DNA of 64,000 nt from Candidatus Bathyarchaeota archaeon (GTDB taxonomy: Archaea; Thermoproteota; Bathyarchaeia; Bathyarchaeales; Bathycorpusculaceae): NCBI GenBank assembly GCA_963806535.1, contig CAWDYC010000009.1:11577-75576 (forward strand), read 5' to 3'. This document shows, one piece after another, positions 27,522-37,366 of this stretch. Under the pieces are notes generated by a model, which worked only from the letters and a program-made list of their open reading frames with translations, did no database searches and was not told the origin of the DNA. The number at the start of each line of letters is the position of its first letter. Positions within the stretch are counted from its first letter, which is position 1. Both the position numbers and the translations under genes were made by a program.

Positions 27522-28859
27522 TTACTCGTATCTTAAAGCTTCAACTGGTTTCAATTTAGATGCGCGCCAAGCAGGGTACAATGCGAAGATTACGCTTATT
27601 CCTACGCCGAAAACTAATGCACCAACCAATACCTCTGGAGTTAGCAGCGGTGTTATTTTGAATGCGCCGCCTCCACCGAATACTCCTGAACCTAATACCC
27701 TAGCTGTTACGTTTGCCAGAATCCAGCCAAGAATTATGCCAACGACCGCGCCGATTAACCCGATTATGACTGATTCGCCGAGGAAAATTGTTAAGACTGT
27801 TCGGCTTTTCATGCCTAATGCTTTGAGTATGCCAATTTCGCGTGTGCGTTCAATTAACGATACTATCATGATGTTCATTATGCCGATTCCTGCAACTAGT
27901 AGTGAAATTGCTGCGATGCCGCCTAGGAAAAGCTGTATTGTGCTAAATACGGTCGTTAGCAAACTCAGGACTGCTGTTGACGATATGACGGAAACTTGAC
28001 CGTCAAAATGATCAGTAATTGCTTTAGAGACAGTTGTTATTGTAGCGTTATCGCTGCTTTTTAGTTGAACGATAATAGAGTCACATTGGGTTGTTCCAAA
28101 AAAGCTTTCTGCTTGCGTTATTGGTATGTATACACCGTCGTCTGATGGTCCTCCGGCACCGAAGCCTCCGACTTTTTGGAGGACGCCTGAGACTTGTGCA
28201 TTGTAAGTTTCGTTTATGACTGGGAGTATTGTTGCGTTAGTCCATATTATGCCAACGCTGTCACCTGCATTAAAAAACAATGTGCCGGTTTGTCCAGGAT
28301 CATTTACGCGTGAACCAACAACTATCTGGTTGTCATTGGGGTTTAATGGTATGGTTCCTGATGCTGCTATGAAAGTTTTGCTAAATTGCTGGGCATATTT
28401 GCTGAAATCTACACCGTAAATCGTAACTGTACCGTTATAGCCGCTTGTTTCAACATAGCCTGTCCTTTGAATTACAGCAAAAGAAGAGACAATATCTGGC
28501 GATAAAACATCAATTTGATCAGTATAATTCACGTATAAGTTGAAGCCTGAGCCGCTTGAACCGCCTCCCCCTCCTAAACCCAAGCCTCCTCCGCCACCAC
28601 CGCCACGTGCACCAAGACCGCCGCCTCCTCCACTTGTGGCTGAGGCTAACGCGCTGGTCCCTGAAGTAACAATTAACGTGTTGGTTGATAGTCCTTGTTG
28701 GAGAGAATTAGTTATGGTGGCTTGTAATCCCTGGGTGATTGAGAGTAGAGCCACTATGGCAGCAATTCCTATAATTACGCCTAAGGTTGTTAATGCAGCA
28801 CGTAGCTTGCGAAGTCTAATTGCGCTGAATGAATAACCGAAAATATCTATTGTCTTCAT
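27522..28859 (-). CDS. ABC transporter permease, FtsX/MacB type, with a poly-Gly insertion in the extracytoplasmic domain
   Basis: N-terminal TM, large extracytoplasmic domain, and C-terminal FtsX 3-TM bundle (GIGIMNIMIVSLIERTREIGILKALG). The insertion reads SGGGGGLGARGGGGGGGLGLGGGGGSSGSG. Confidence 0.8.
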   Translation of the reverse strand: MKTIDIFGYSFSAIRLRKLRAALTTLGVIIGIAAIVALLSITQGLQATITNSLQQGLSTNTLIVTSGTSALASATSGGGGGLGARGGGGGGGLGLGGGGGSSGSGFNLYVNYTDQIDVLSPDIVSSFAVIQRTGYVETSGYNGTVTIYGVDFSKYAQQFSKTFIAASGTIPLNPNDNQIVVGSRVNDPGQTGTLFFNAGDSVGIIWTNATILPVINETYNAQVSGVLQKVGGFGAGGPSDDGVYIPITQAESFFGTTQCDSIIVQLKSSDNATITTVSKAITDHFDGQVSVISSTAVLSLLTTVFSTIQLFLGGIAAISLLVAGIGIMNIMIVSLIERTREIGILKALGMKSRTVLTIFLGESVIIGLIGAVVGIILGWILANVTARVLGSGVFGGGGAFKITPLLTPEVLVGALVFGVGISVIFALYPAWRASKLKPVEALRYE

Positions 28860-29557
28860 TCTTGATTCACCGTTTCTGATATAATTTGGCCATCAAACAT
28901 CTGCAGAGTTCTATTTGCTTCTCTAGCCAAATGTTGGTCATGAGTAACCATGATAATGCTAACTTTGTTTTCAACGTTAAGCTTTTTGATCAAAGCAATA
29001 ACTTCATTTGCAGTTTTAGAATCAATATTTCCAGTTGGCTCATCGAGCAGCAAAAATTTGGGGTTATTTGCTAATGCTCTTGCTACTGCGACCCTTTGCT
29101 GCTGTCCTCCACTTAGTTCAGCTGGCTTGTGGTTGATTCGATCTTTTAAGCCGACGGTTTCAAGAAGCTCTATAGCTCTTTTTGTTCTTTCTGCTTTCCC
29201 TAATTCCGCAATAGACATCGACAATTCAACATTATCTTTCGCGGTTAATCTTGGAATTAAATTAAAAAATTGGAAAACGAACCCGATTCGCCTACGCAAA
29301 TCGGCTAATTGATTGTCATTAAGTTTTAAGATGTCTACACCGTCAATCAGCATTGTTCCTGATGTTGGCTTATCGAGTGCGCCAATCAGGTTGAGCATTG
29401 TGGATTTTCCGCTTCCTGAAGGTCCAAGTATCGAGACAAAGTCTCCTGTATCAACTTTGAGGTTTACTCCTCGAAGTGCTTCAACTGGGACTTTTCCAAG
29501 CATGTAGGTTTTTTTGACGTCTATAGCTTCTACGACAGGTAATGGCTTTGTTGACAT
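28856..29557 (-). CDS. ABC transporter ATP-binding protein (MacB/LolD-like)
   Basis: Walker A GPSGSGKST, signature LSGGQQQRV, and Walker B LLLDEPTGN. There is a 4-nt overlap with the permease gene. Confidence 0.9.
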   Translation of the reverse strand: MSTKPLPVVEAIDVKKTYMLGKVPVEALRGVNLKVDTGDFVSILGPSGSGKSTMLNLIGALDKPTSGTMLIDGVDILKLNDNQLADLRRRIGFVFQFFNLIPRLTAKDNVELSMSIAELGKAERTKRAIELLETVGLKDRINHKPAELSGGQQQRVAVARALANNPKFLLLDEPTGNIDSKTANEVIALIKKLNVENKVSIIMVTHDQHLAREANRTLQMFDGQIISETVNQE

Positions 29558-29659
29558 TTTTTTCGCACTCTATCTTCTTTTAATTTATTGGGCATATTAC
29601 TCTGATATAAAGACTAGTTATGTCTGAAATGGAACCATAAAAAAGGGCGGTTCTTGCCC

Positions 29660-30283
29660 TTACTTGTTTAGGTATCTCCATGAGAGAACCACGCAAACGA
29701 TTGTTACAATTATTGCGAAGGTACCGACGTACGCAAAGTCAAGTGGGAGAGGTCCAAATCCATCGCTGAACACCATTAATCGTCTTACCGCATCGATTGT
29801 GTATGATATTGGGTTAACGCTTGCGACTGCTTGAAGCCAATTTGGCATTTGGGCAATTGGGAAGTATGCGCTGCTTGCAAACATTAGAGGTAGCGTAACT
29901 AGTTGGAAGATTGCTTGTGGCATTTCCATTCTTGTGGCTCTAAGTGTTAGCGCAGTGAAGAACGATGCTAAGCCAACACTAATCAAGAATACTATGGCGA
30001 ATATTCCAAGTATGCTGTACCATGCGAAGTTGGTTCCAGTGCTGAGTCCTAAGGCGAAAGCGACTGCGGCTACAATGGCTGATTGGAAGATGGCTCGTAC
30101 GCTTGCAGCTAGCACTTTTGATAGGATTATAGATGATCTTGATACTGGTGTGCTTAAGACTTTGTTCATGAAGCCTAATCGTTTGTCCCATACTACCGAC
30201 ATGCCTACGAATGCCGTTGTGAATACTACTGTGAATGCTACCATGCTCATTGACATAAATGAGAAGTAATCCGTGTGTTCCAA
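29660..30283 (-). CDS. ABC-2 type exporter permease, C-terminal fragment
   Basis: Multi-TM ABC-2 pattern (VLSTPVSRSSIILSKVLA..., NPISYTIDAVR). Follows the N-terminal fragment after a +1 frame change near 30275. Confidence 0.75.
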   Translation of the reverse strand: MEHTDYFSFMSMSMVAFTVVFTTAFVGMSVVWDKRLGFMNKVLSTPVSRSSIILSKVLAASVRAIFQSAIVAAVAFALGLSTGTNFAWYSILGIFAIVFLISVGLASFFTALTLRATRMEMPQAIFQLVTLPLMFASSAYFPIAQMPNWLQAVASVNPISYTIDAVRRLMVFSDGFGPLPLDFAYVGTFAIIVTIVCVVLSWRYLNK

Positions 30284-30506
30284 ATGTGTGCATCATAACC
30301 TGTGTTGGGTTTATACCTGGAATGCCGCTTACGATATTGCCAAGGTTCATTGCTTTGCCAAGCAGAGCTAACCATAAAATCGGCTGGATTATTCCCATTG
30401 CTAGAACAAACGGTTGCTGATACCATTTCTTGAGTTCTCGATTAGTTAATGCCCAGAGACCATGCATGCGACTCTTTGAAACCTGGTTTTCATCTGTTTT
30501 GCTCAT
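29979..30506 (-). CDS. ABC-2 type exporter permease, N-terminal fragment
   Basis: LWALTNRELKKWYQQPFVLAMGIIQPILWLALLGKAM is meaningful only down to about 30275. The remainder of the track ORF is out-of-frame read-through. Confidence 0.6.
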   Translation of the reverse strand: MSKTDENQVSKSRMHGLWALTNRELKKWYQQPFVLAMGIIQPILWLALLGKAMNLGNIVSGIPGINPTQVMMHTFGTHGLLLIYVNEHGSIHSSIHNGIRRHVGSMGQTIRLHEQSLKHTSIKIIYNPIKSASCKRTSHLPISHCSRSRFRLRTQHWNQLRMVQHTWNIRHSILD

Positions 30507-31510
30507 GCACGTGACCTCCTCATGGTCATTCTTTGCGCCATCATCGATTCTCGAGATTCTTCGGCGTCACGCATGGATTTTCCTGTATACTGCAGGTAAA
30601 CTTCGTTTAAGGTTGGTTTTGTCAATGAAAGTTTAGTTACAACATGCCCGCTTTTTCTCAATGCTTCAATAATCAATGGTGCAGTTAATTCTCCATTAGA
30701 GGACTTTATCATGTAAGAGCCGTTTTCTTTTTTGACTTCTTTAACATGCTCAATTTTGCTGATTAATTCGGTGATGTCTTCGCTTTTTTGAATACTGAGT
30801 GTTATGATGTCGCCACCCAAGCTGTCTTTCAGTTCCGTTGGACTGCCAACGACAACGATTTTTCCATGATCGATTATTGCTATGCGGTCGCAGAGCGCAT
30901 CTGCTTCTTCCAAGTAGTGGGTTGTTAGAAACAAAGTCATGCCGAATTCTTTTTTGAGCATTCTAACATAGTTCCATGTTGCAGCTCGCGTTTGCACATC
31001 TAAGCCCAACGTAGGTTCATCCAAGAATAGGACTTTTGGACGGTTGATTAAGCCACATGCCAGTTCTAATCTTCTGCGCATGCCACCCGAGTAAGTTTGG
31101 ACTCGTTTGTCCTTGAATGTTTGTAACTCAACTAAATTAAGAAGATCTGAAGCCCGTTTTTTTGATATTGAACGTGGAATTCCATAGAGGTCTGCGCATA
31201 AGAGAATGTTTTCAATTCCGGTTAGGTCTTCGTCTGCTGTGTACTCTTGCGGGACAACTCCGATTGCGGCTCGTACGTCCATGCTTTGTTTTGCAATGTC
31301 CCCTCCGAGAATGGTGGCTTTTCCGTCAGTTGGTTTTGTGACTGTTATCAGCATGCTTATGGTTGTGGTTTTTCCAGCTCCGTTAGGCCCAAGGAAACCA
31401 AAGATTTCTCCTCGGTTGACGCTGAAGTTAATATGATCGACGGCAGTTAGGCTGTGGTTGTAAACTTTAGTTAATCCTTCAACTTTTATGACTTCTTCAT
31501 TTTTACTCAT
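30503..31510 (-). CDS. ABC transporter ATP-binding protein (DrrA/ABC-2 partner type)
   Basis: GPNGAGKTTT, YSGGMRRRLELA, and LFLDEPTLGLD. Overlaps both neighbours in an operon arrangement. Confidence 0.9.
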   Translation of the reverse strand: MSKNEEVIKVEGLTKVYNHSLTAVDHINFSVNRGEIFGFLGPNGAGKTTTISMLITVTKPTDGKATILGGDIAKQSMDVRAAIGVVPQEYTADEDLTGIENILLCADLYGIPRSISKKRASDLLNLVELQTFKDKRVQTYSGGMRRRLELACGLINRPKVLFLDEPTLGLDVQTRAATWNYVRMLKKEFGMTLFLTTHYLEEADALCDRIAIIDHGKIVVVGSPTELKDSLGGDIITLSIQKSEDITELISKIEHVKEVKKENGSYMIKSSNGELTAPLIIEALRKSGHVVTKLSLTKPTLNEVYLQYTGKSMRDAEESRESMMAQRMTMRRSRA

Positions 31511-32120
31511 TCACATTTTCACCAGACATTTTGCTCCTAATTTCTTCAAGTTTCGCTGAGGCTTCATCAAGCACCTTTAGGGCTTCATCTAATTGCTTTT
31601 CGGAGTAGTTTTGTTTCAAGGCTTTTGACAATTTAATTGATGAGATAAAGAGGCGTTTCATTGAACCTCGAATTTGTTTTGTTTTTTCCTCAGGGATATT
31701 TCCAAAGAACGTATCAAAGAAAGGACTTGCCAGAAAGCCTGAGTCTTGTGTGAATTTTTCTCTGATTTTTGTCTGTTCTTCAAAAAAGTCTTTTCCGGTT
31801 TGGGTTAATTCATAGCGTTTAAATCCATTTTCGGTAGGAAGTTCTTTTACGTAGGTGTTATCTTGGAGCCACGCAAGAAGGGGGTAGATTGATCCTGGGC
31901 TGGGTTTCCACGTTCCGCCTGTGTGTTCTTGGATTTCATCCATGAGTTCTGAGCCAGACATCGCTTTTTCGTTTAGCGCTTCAAGAACGTGGTAACGTAG
32001 GAATCCTTTTGGGACCATGGCGTTGTGGCGTAGCCAGTTTCGCCTGTGGAACATCATGTGTTTTTCTTCACGAAGTTGATGTTTAATTTCTTTCTTTTCT
32101 TCTCTTTCTTCTTTATCCAT
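31503..32120 (-). CDS. PadR-family transcriptional regulator with C-terminal extension
   Basis: LRYHVLEALNEKAMSGSELMDEIQEHTGGTWKPSPGSIYPLLAWLQDNTYV is a PadR wHTH. It is the first gene of the ABC-2 operon. Confidence 0.8.
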   Translation of the reverse strand: MDKEEREEKKEIKHQLREEKHMMFHRRNWLRHNAMVPKGFLRYHVLEALNEKAMSGSELMDEIQEHTGGTWKPSPGSIYPLLAWLQDNTYVKELPTENGFKRYELTQTGKDFFEEQTKIREKFTQDSGFLASPFFDTFFGNIPEEKTKQIRGSMKRLFISSIKLSKALKQNYSEKQLDEALKVLDEASAKLEEIRSKMSGENVNE

Positions 32121-32249
32121 ACCATATCACTATTGATATCGTTATTGATGTCAAATGCGATATCGAATGTGATATTTAAATTTATTGCTGTTATTAATCA
32201 CAAATACTCGAAGAGAAAGATTTCTTTTAAAAAAAATTGATAAAGATGA

Positions 32250-34712
32250 TTATGAGGTGTCTTTTTGTTTACTTAAAACTGGAAATTTGAGGGTGAATTT
32301 TGTGCCATCCCCTTTTTTGCTTTCAAAAGTTACAGTTCCACCCATCACTTCAGTTAATTTCTTAACCACCGCTAAACCGAAGCCTTGCCCTTTCGACTTC
32401 GTAGTGAATAATGGAGTGAAAATTTTGGGTTTAATCTCTTCGGGGATTCCAACTCCAGAATCTGCAACGCTGATTAACGCTATATCCTCTTGGCAAGAAA
32501 CACTAACGGCTAATTTTCCTCCGTTAGGCATTGCTTGAACAGCATTTGTAATCAAATTTGTTAGAATCCTCTTTAAATAAAAATCGTCCAATGTGAGAAT
32601 AGGGCATTCTTTATCAAGAGAATAGGCGATTTCTATGTTATCAGGAATGTGAGTCACTTTTAGTATTTCTTTAATCATTTTATTTGCGTCAATTTTTACC
32701 ATATGAGGTAATGTGGTTCGTGCGTAGTCTTGTAGGTCAGATACAATTTTGTTGATGTATTCAACATTTCGTCCTATCTCGTCCAAACTCTCAAAGGTAT
32801 TCTTTTTTTCTTGGCTATCAGGATAAGAAGCCATGTCTGCCTTTGCCAAATAGATATCGCTAGTTATAGCTTGCAAAGGGTTGCGTATGTCGTGTCCAAC
32901 CATTCCTGCAGTTTTACCAATAGTGGCTAAGGTTTCAGATTGGGCTAGCTTTTCCGCTTGCTCCTTTACTTGATGTGCTAAAGTCTTTATTTCACTGATA
33001 TCTACAAATGACAAGATTGCCCCGCCAATTTTTTTTTCTTCAGTCATGAACGGGCGTAGACGCATTTGGTACCATCGGTCTTTTCCAGCATTGATTTCTG
33101 CCCTTACAACCTCATTCTTGTTAATTACATTTAAAAGTGGCTTTTCCAAGTCTTCCGCCGGAATCCCCAAACGAATTCCTACAATTGAATGCCCGACATC
33201 TTCAGATGTAATTCTCAAAAGTTCTTGAGCTGAAGCCGTGAAACGTTTAATCTTAAAATCTTTGCCTACAATAACCACTGCAGTATCAACATTGCTCATC
33301 AAGTTAGCTAAGTCTTCGTTCAATTCTTTGAGCATCTGATTTCGTTGTTTAAGTTCATCATTTAGGGTTGTCATCTCTTCGTTCGCTGACTGCAGTTCTT
33401 CCTTAGAAGTCTCTAATTCTTCATTTGTGCTCATTAATTCTTCGTTGCTTGACTGTGCTTCTTCATTGGCTGAACGTAGCTCTTCATTTATCGCTTCTTG
33501 CTGTTCAATAACGCTTCGCAATGTTTGCTTAGTCGATTCTAAATCATCACTTAGCTCTTTTATTTGTTGATCTTTAACTGCCATTACTTTGTTGCTTGGA
33601 GATGCTGCCTTGGCAGTTTGCCCATCAACTGGATATTTTTCTCTTTCCTCGAATAGAATTAAGAAGAAGGGCTCTTCATAATTTAATAACTTCAAAGGTT
33701 TAACTTCAAGGATAATTGTTTTAGCGCGTCCTTCAAATTCAATCTGGAAGATTTCCTTCACGTCTTTTCCTGCTTTTTTTGCTCTATATAATGCGGTTTG
33801 AACAGCCGGCCGAATTTCTTTTCGCACTAGTTTAGATATGCTGAAACTTGGAGTTCCTTCCTCTATTGAAACATAAGGATTAACTTGTCCACGAATGGCA
33901 AGGATATCCGAATTATTATTAACTAATAATGATGCAGGAGCAAACTGCGTTAAAAGTAATTGATCAACTTCATCTTTCAATAAAGTTTGAGAATCATCCT
34001 TTTTAGGCAGTTTTTGAGCTATAAATTCTCTAAAAAGGAAATTAGGTGCTTGCGCAGGAAATTCGACTTTGGGTTGACCTATTTTTTTCCTAAAGATTAC
34101 GCCTCTCTTAGTTACTTGCTCAAACGAGCTCACGAATTTGCCTACACTTTCCGATTCGCCTAGAACGAGATATCCATTTGGTTTTAAGGCGTAATTAATG
34201 GTGGCCATTATTCTTTCCTGGGGAGAAGGCTCAAGGTAAATAAGTAAATTGCGACAGACAATTAAGTCCATGTTAGAGAAAGGGGGGTCTTGGGTGATGT
34301 CGTGTTTTGCAAAAACACATTTGTCTCGAATTCTCTTGATTACTTGATAGTTTCCATTTGAACTGGTGAAAAACCGTTTCAACCGCTCTTCGGAGACGCT
34401 GTTTGCAATGGTTTTAAGATAGATACCTCGACGGACCTTCTCGATGTTTTTTGAATTAACGTCTGTTCCGAAAATCAATATTTGAAGATCCAAGCTTTTT
34501 CGCTCTATGAATTCTGTTAGAGCCATAGCTATTGAATAGACTTCTTCACCTGTTGAGCAGCCGGGAATCCACACCCTTATCGCTTGGTTGGAATCCTTTT
34601 TCTCAGCTAGTTCTGGAAAGACTTTTTCATTTAAAGCTGAGAAAGCGTTTGGTTCCCTGAAGAAGTCCGTTACATTTATCAGCATATCATCAAAAAGTGC
34701 TTGTTGCTCCAC
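32250..34712 (-). CDS. CheR-type methyltransferase / coiled coil / PAS / HisKA-HATPase sensor kinase (downstream part of one fused gene)
   Basis: VTDFFREP, RVWIPGCSTGEEVYSIAMAL (SAM motif), NEEL heptad coiled coil, PAS region, HDIRNPL H-box, and the GxGxG ATP lid. Confidence 0.8.
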   Translation of the reverse strand: MEQQALFDDMLINVTDFFREPNAFSALNEKVFPELAEKKDSNQAIRVWIPGCSTGEEVYSIAMALTEFIERKSLDLQILIFGTDVNSKNIEKVRRGIYLKTIANSVSEERLKRFFTSSNGNYQVIKRIRDKCVFAKHDITQDPPFSNMDLIVCRNLLIYLEPSPQERIMATINYALKPNGYLVLGESESVGKFVSSFEQVTKRGVIFRKKIGQPKVEFPAQAPNFLFREFIAQKLPKKDDSQTLLKDEVDQLLLTQFAPASLLVNNNSDILAIRGQVNPYVSIEEGTPSFSISKLVRKEIRPAVQTALYRAKKAGKDVKEIFQIEFEGRAKTIILEVKPLKLLNYEEPFFLILFEEREKYPVDGQTAKAASPSNKVMAVKDQQIKELSDDLESTKQTLRSVIEQQEAINEELRSANEEAQSSNEELMSTNEELETSKEELQSANEEMTTLNDELKQRNQMLKELNEDLANLMSNVDTAVVIVGKDFKIKRFTASAQELLRITSEDVGHSIVGIRLGIPAEDLEKPLLNVINKNEVVRAEINAGKDRWYQMRLRPFMTEEKKIGGAILSFVDISEIKTLAHQVKEQAEKLAQSETLATIGKTAGMVGHDIRNPLQAITSDIYLAKADMASYPDSQEKKNTFESLDEIGRNVEYINKIVSDLQDYARTTLPHMVKIDANKMIKEILKVTHIPDNIEIAYSLDKECPILTLDDFYLKRILTNLITNAVQAMPNGGKLAVSVSCQEDIALISVADSGVGIPEEIKPKIFTPLFTTKSKGQGFGLAVVKKLTEVMGGTVTFESKKGDGTKFTLKFPVLSKQKDTS

Positions 34713-35535
34713 AGGGTGCTTCCGTAAAAATGCTACATATTTGACTTAATGTTTCAATGTTATTTAAGATCATTCGACGGCTAATCCGTCGGTTGATCGT
34801 TGTTTTTTTGTAGTTTGCAAAATTGACGCCAAACGAACCCTTAAGTAAAGAGAATATTGTTTGTAGATCATTTTCGCTTTCTTGAGGTTTGGATTCTTCT
34901 ACCCCAATTTTTTGACGAGCGATCTCTGGGTGCTTTGCAATGCTGCATAGTTCTTCGGCAATCTTCTCCGGAGAAAGCACGAAGTCTACAGCATCTGCGT
35001 TCATTGCACTTTTGGGCATGTCAGAGTATTGGGCTGAACTGGGTTCTTGAGCGAATGTGATTCCTCCTTCAGCTTTAATTGCCTTCAACCCTTCGGTTCC
35101 ATCATTCCCAGTTCCCGAAAGTACTATTCCCATGGCATGTGTTTTCCGTTCTAATGATAAAGAACACAAAAACGCATCAATGGGTTTAAGATAAAGTCCC
35201 TTTGGCTGAAGCTTGATACGACCGTTATCGATTGTGATAATTTTTCCAGCGGGAATTACGTAAACTTGGTTTGGTTCAATTTGCATTCCACCTTCGATTT
35301 TATTAACGGGCATATGGGTGAAACGAGAAAGAATTTCTGGCAGCATACTTTCCTGGTTTGTTGCAAGATGTTGAATGATTACAAATCCTAAGCCAGTATC
35401 TTGACGTAAGTTTTCAAGCAGCTTTCTAATAGCCTCTAAGCCACCAGCAGAAGCACCTATACCAGCAATTGGAAAGACGCGTTCAGTCGGGTTAGTAAGA
35501 ACTTTTTTTTCTTGCATTTCTTTGGGTTCTTTCAA
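34690..35535 (-). CDS. CheB-type methylesterase domain plus the start of the CheR domain (upstream part of the same gene)
   Basis: PIAGIGASAGGLEAI, VIIQHL, and GIVLSGTGNDGTEGLKAIK. The frame is lost near 34715, where IETLSQ continues as YVAFLRKHPVEQQALFDDML. Confidence 0.75.
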   Translation of the reverse strand: MKEPKEMQEKKVLTNPTERVFPIAGIGASAGGLEAIRKLLENLRQDTGLGFVIIQHLATNQESMLPEILSRFTHMPVNKIEGGMQIEPNQVYVIPAGKIITIDNGRIKLQPKGLYLKPIDAFLCSLSLERKTHAMGIVLSGTGNDGTEGLKAIKAEGGITFAQEPSSAQYSDMPKSAMNADAVDFVLSPEKIAEELCSIAKHPEIARQKIGVEESKPQESENDLQTIFSLLKGSFGVNFANYKKTTINRRISRRMILNNIETLSQICSIFTEAPCGATSTF

Positions 35536-35671
35536 AAAAATTCCTTGTTAAGCTATCAAATAAGTTGTACGCACACTTAGAAGATAGGTGCGAGCGCTAA
35601 GGATATATCACTTTTGGCAAACATTTAAGTTTTGGCTTGCAGCACATATCGCAAAAATTAAGATAAAAAAA

Positions 35672-36346
35672 TTAACTAATTGTGGTACCTACATTCTTGC
35701 CTTCGATCGCAGCCAAAATGTTTTGAGGCTTAAATCCATTAACAACGATCAACTTTAACTTTTTGCGCTTCAGAACCTTAATAGCTTCTGGATCAATAAT
35801 TTGATGTATCCCTGCTTTGTGCACGCTTTCTTCAAAAACTTTGGGTAAATCATCAAAACCTAAATAATCCAGCTTAACTGCGTCTGAATGTTTTCTTGGA
35901 TCTTTGTTGTAAACGCCATCTTGATCGGTGCCTTTAACCAGCAAATCAGCATTAACCCGTTCAGCAACTAACGCTGCAACTGCATCCGTGGTGATTCCGG
36001 GTTTTAAGCCTCCCATAACGACAATTTTGCCTTCAGATAGGCAAGCTTCGGCATCATCGAGAGTTATGGCAACTTTGCTGCATCCTACATCGCCAATTTT
36101 TTTAAGGAAAAGCTGAGCAAACAGTCTTGAACAGGAAATGGCTATCTCATCTTGAGCTTGCATCTCAAGATCCAAGTCTTTGGCAATTTTGATAAATTCC
36201 CTTGCTAACGCGCCGCCTCCTACCACCACGGCAACTTCATGACCTTGAGCTTTCACAATTTTTATTAAGTCAGCATATTCGCTCATCAACTTAGTATTAA
36301 TTGGTGATGCTACTACTGAGCCGCCTATCCGAACGACTAAACGCAT
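35672..36346 (-). CDS. pyrH: Uridylate (UMP) kinase, archaeal type
   Basis: VVRIGGSV, VVVGGGALAR, and KGTDQDGVYNKDP. Its length of about 224 aa is typical of archaeal PyrH. Confidence 0.85.
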   Translation of the reverse strand: MRLVVRIGGSVVASPINTKLMSEYADLIKIVKAQGHEVAVVVGGGALAREFIKIAKDLDLEMQAQDEIAISCSRLFAQLFLKKIGDVGCSKVAITLDDAEACLSEGKIVVMGGLKPGITTDAVAALVAERVNADLLVKGTDQDGVYNKDPRKHSDAVKLDYLGFDDLPKVFEESVHKAGIHQIIDPEAIKVLKRKKLKLIVVNGFKPQNILAAIEGKNVGTTIS

Positions 36347-36426
36347 AATTTAACCATCCAACACTCGAACAATACAGCTTTAAAGTTAAAAATCTTTAAC
36401 ACCCAAGGGAACAATAAAACGGCTAA

Positions 36427-37361
36427 ATGACAAAACAAGTTGACATTTACCGAAAGTTTTCAAGTTGAAGCATTGACACCTTTCAACTTGACTTAACCGC
36501 TCACATATTTAGCAGCGACCACACACAAATCCGGAGCTACGCAAATGGCAAATTCAGCCAAGTCCTAAAAATTAATGGCCAACTTGAACTGATCCAATTA
36601 ACCCCCGCGGGAATAGTTGACCAACCCAAAATAAGCGTCAAAATCAAATCAAACAGACCTATAACATCGCAAAACAAGCAAAAAACTAAGGAAACAATCA
36701 AATTCATTTTCAACTTAGATCTTAACCTCAACTCCTTTTACAATGAAATCAAAAATGATCACATAATGCATAAAATAGCTCAGCAACTTTATGGGCTAAA
36801 GAATCCGACAACTCCCACTGTTTTTGAAGCTTTGATGGATTCCATTGTTGAGCAACAAATTTCCCTCAAAGTAGCACAATCCATAGAGGTCAGGTTAATC
36901 AAAGAATTTGGCGAAACGCTGACTTTAGACGCCGAAATCTACTATATTTATCCAACACCCCAAACCATAGCCAAAGTTAAAGTTAGCGAATTAAAAATCT
37001 GTGGATTAAGTGAGCAGAAAGCCCAATATCTTCAAGGAGCAGCTCAATTAATTGTTCAAGGTAAATTAGACCTTGAAAAACTAAAAACAAAACAAAGCAC
37101 TGCGGAAATTCTCTTCGACCTCGATGCAATCAGGGCATTGGGGTTTGGACAGCTGAATTAACTATGCTGAGAGGTATGCAGAAGCTGGATGCCTTGCCAG
37201 CGGATGATTTAGGCCTCAGACGGGTAATTTCAAACTACTATTGTGGAGGAAAATCAATAAGCGCCGGAGAGGCGAATGAAATTGCTCAAGCATGGGGACG
37301 ATGGAAGGGGCTGGCTGCTTTTTACCTAATAATTGCGGAGATTAAAGGAATTAAGGTTTAA
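36427..37361 (+). pseudogene. AlkA-like DNA-3-methyladenine glycosylase (HhH-GPD), interrupted by at least 3 frame changes
   Basis: The N-terminal domain FQVEALTPFNLDLTAHIF is reached by a +1 shift near 36458 and a -1 shift near 36487. The HhH motif GIGVWTAELTML is visible only after a shift near 37133. PADDLGLRRV follows in the 37164..37361 frame. Confidence 0.65.
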
Positions 37362-37366
37362 CCAGA

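Noticed and set aside
28540-28836. Plus-strand 98-aa Pro-rich ORF
   Set aside because: It is antisense to the poly-Gly tract of a clearly conserved FtsX-type permease, so it is a compositional artefact.
36466-36468. In-frame TGA in the AlkA-like gene as a possible selenocysteine or read-through codon
   Set aside because: The alternative frame between about 36458 and 36487 reads as the conserved family N-terminal motif (FQVEALTPFNLDL). A compensating +1/-1 pair explains it better, and no SECIS-like element was noticed.
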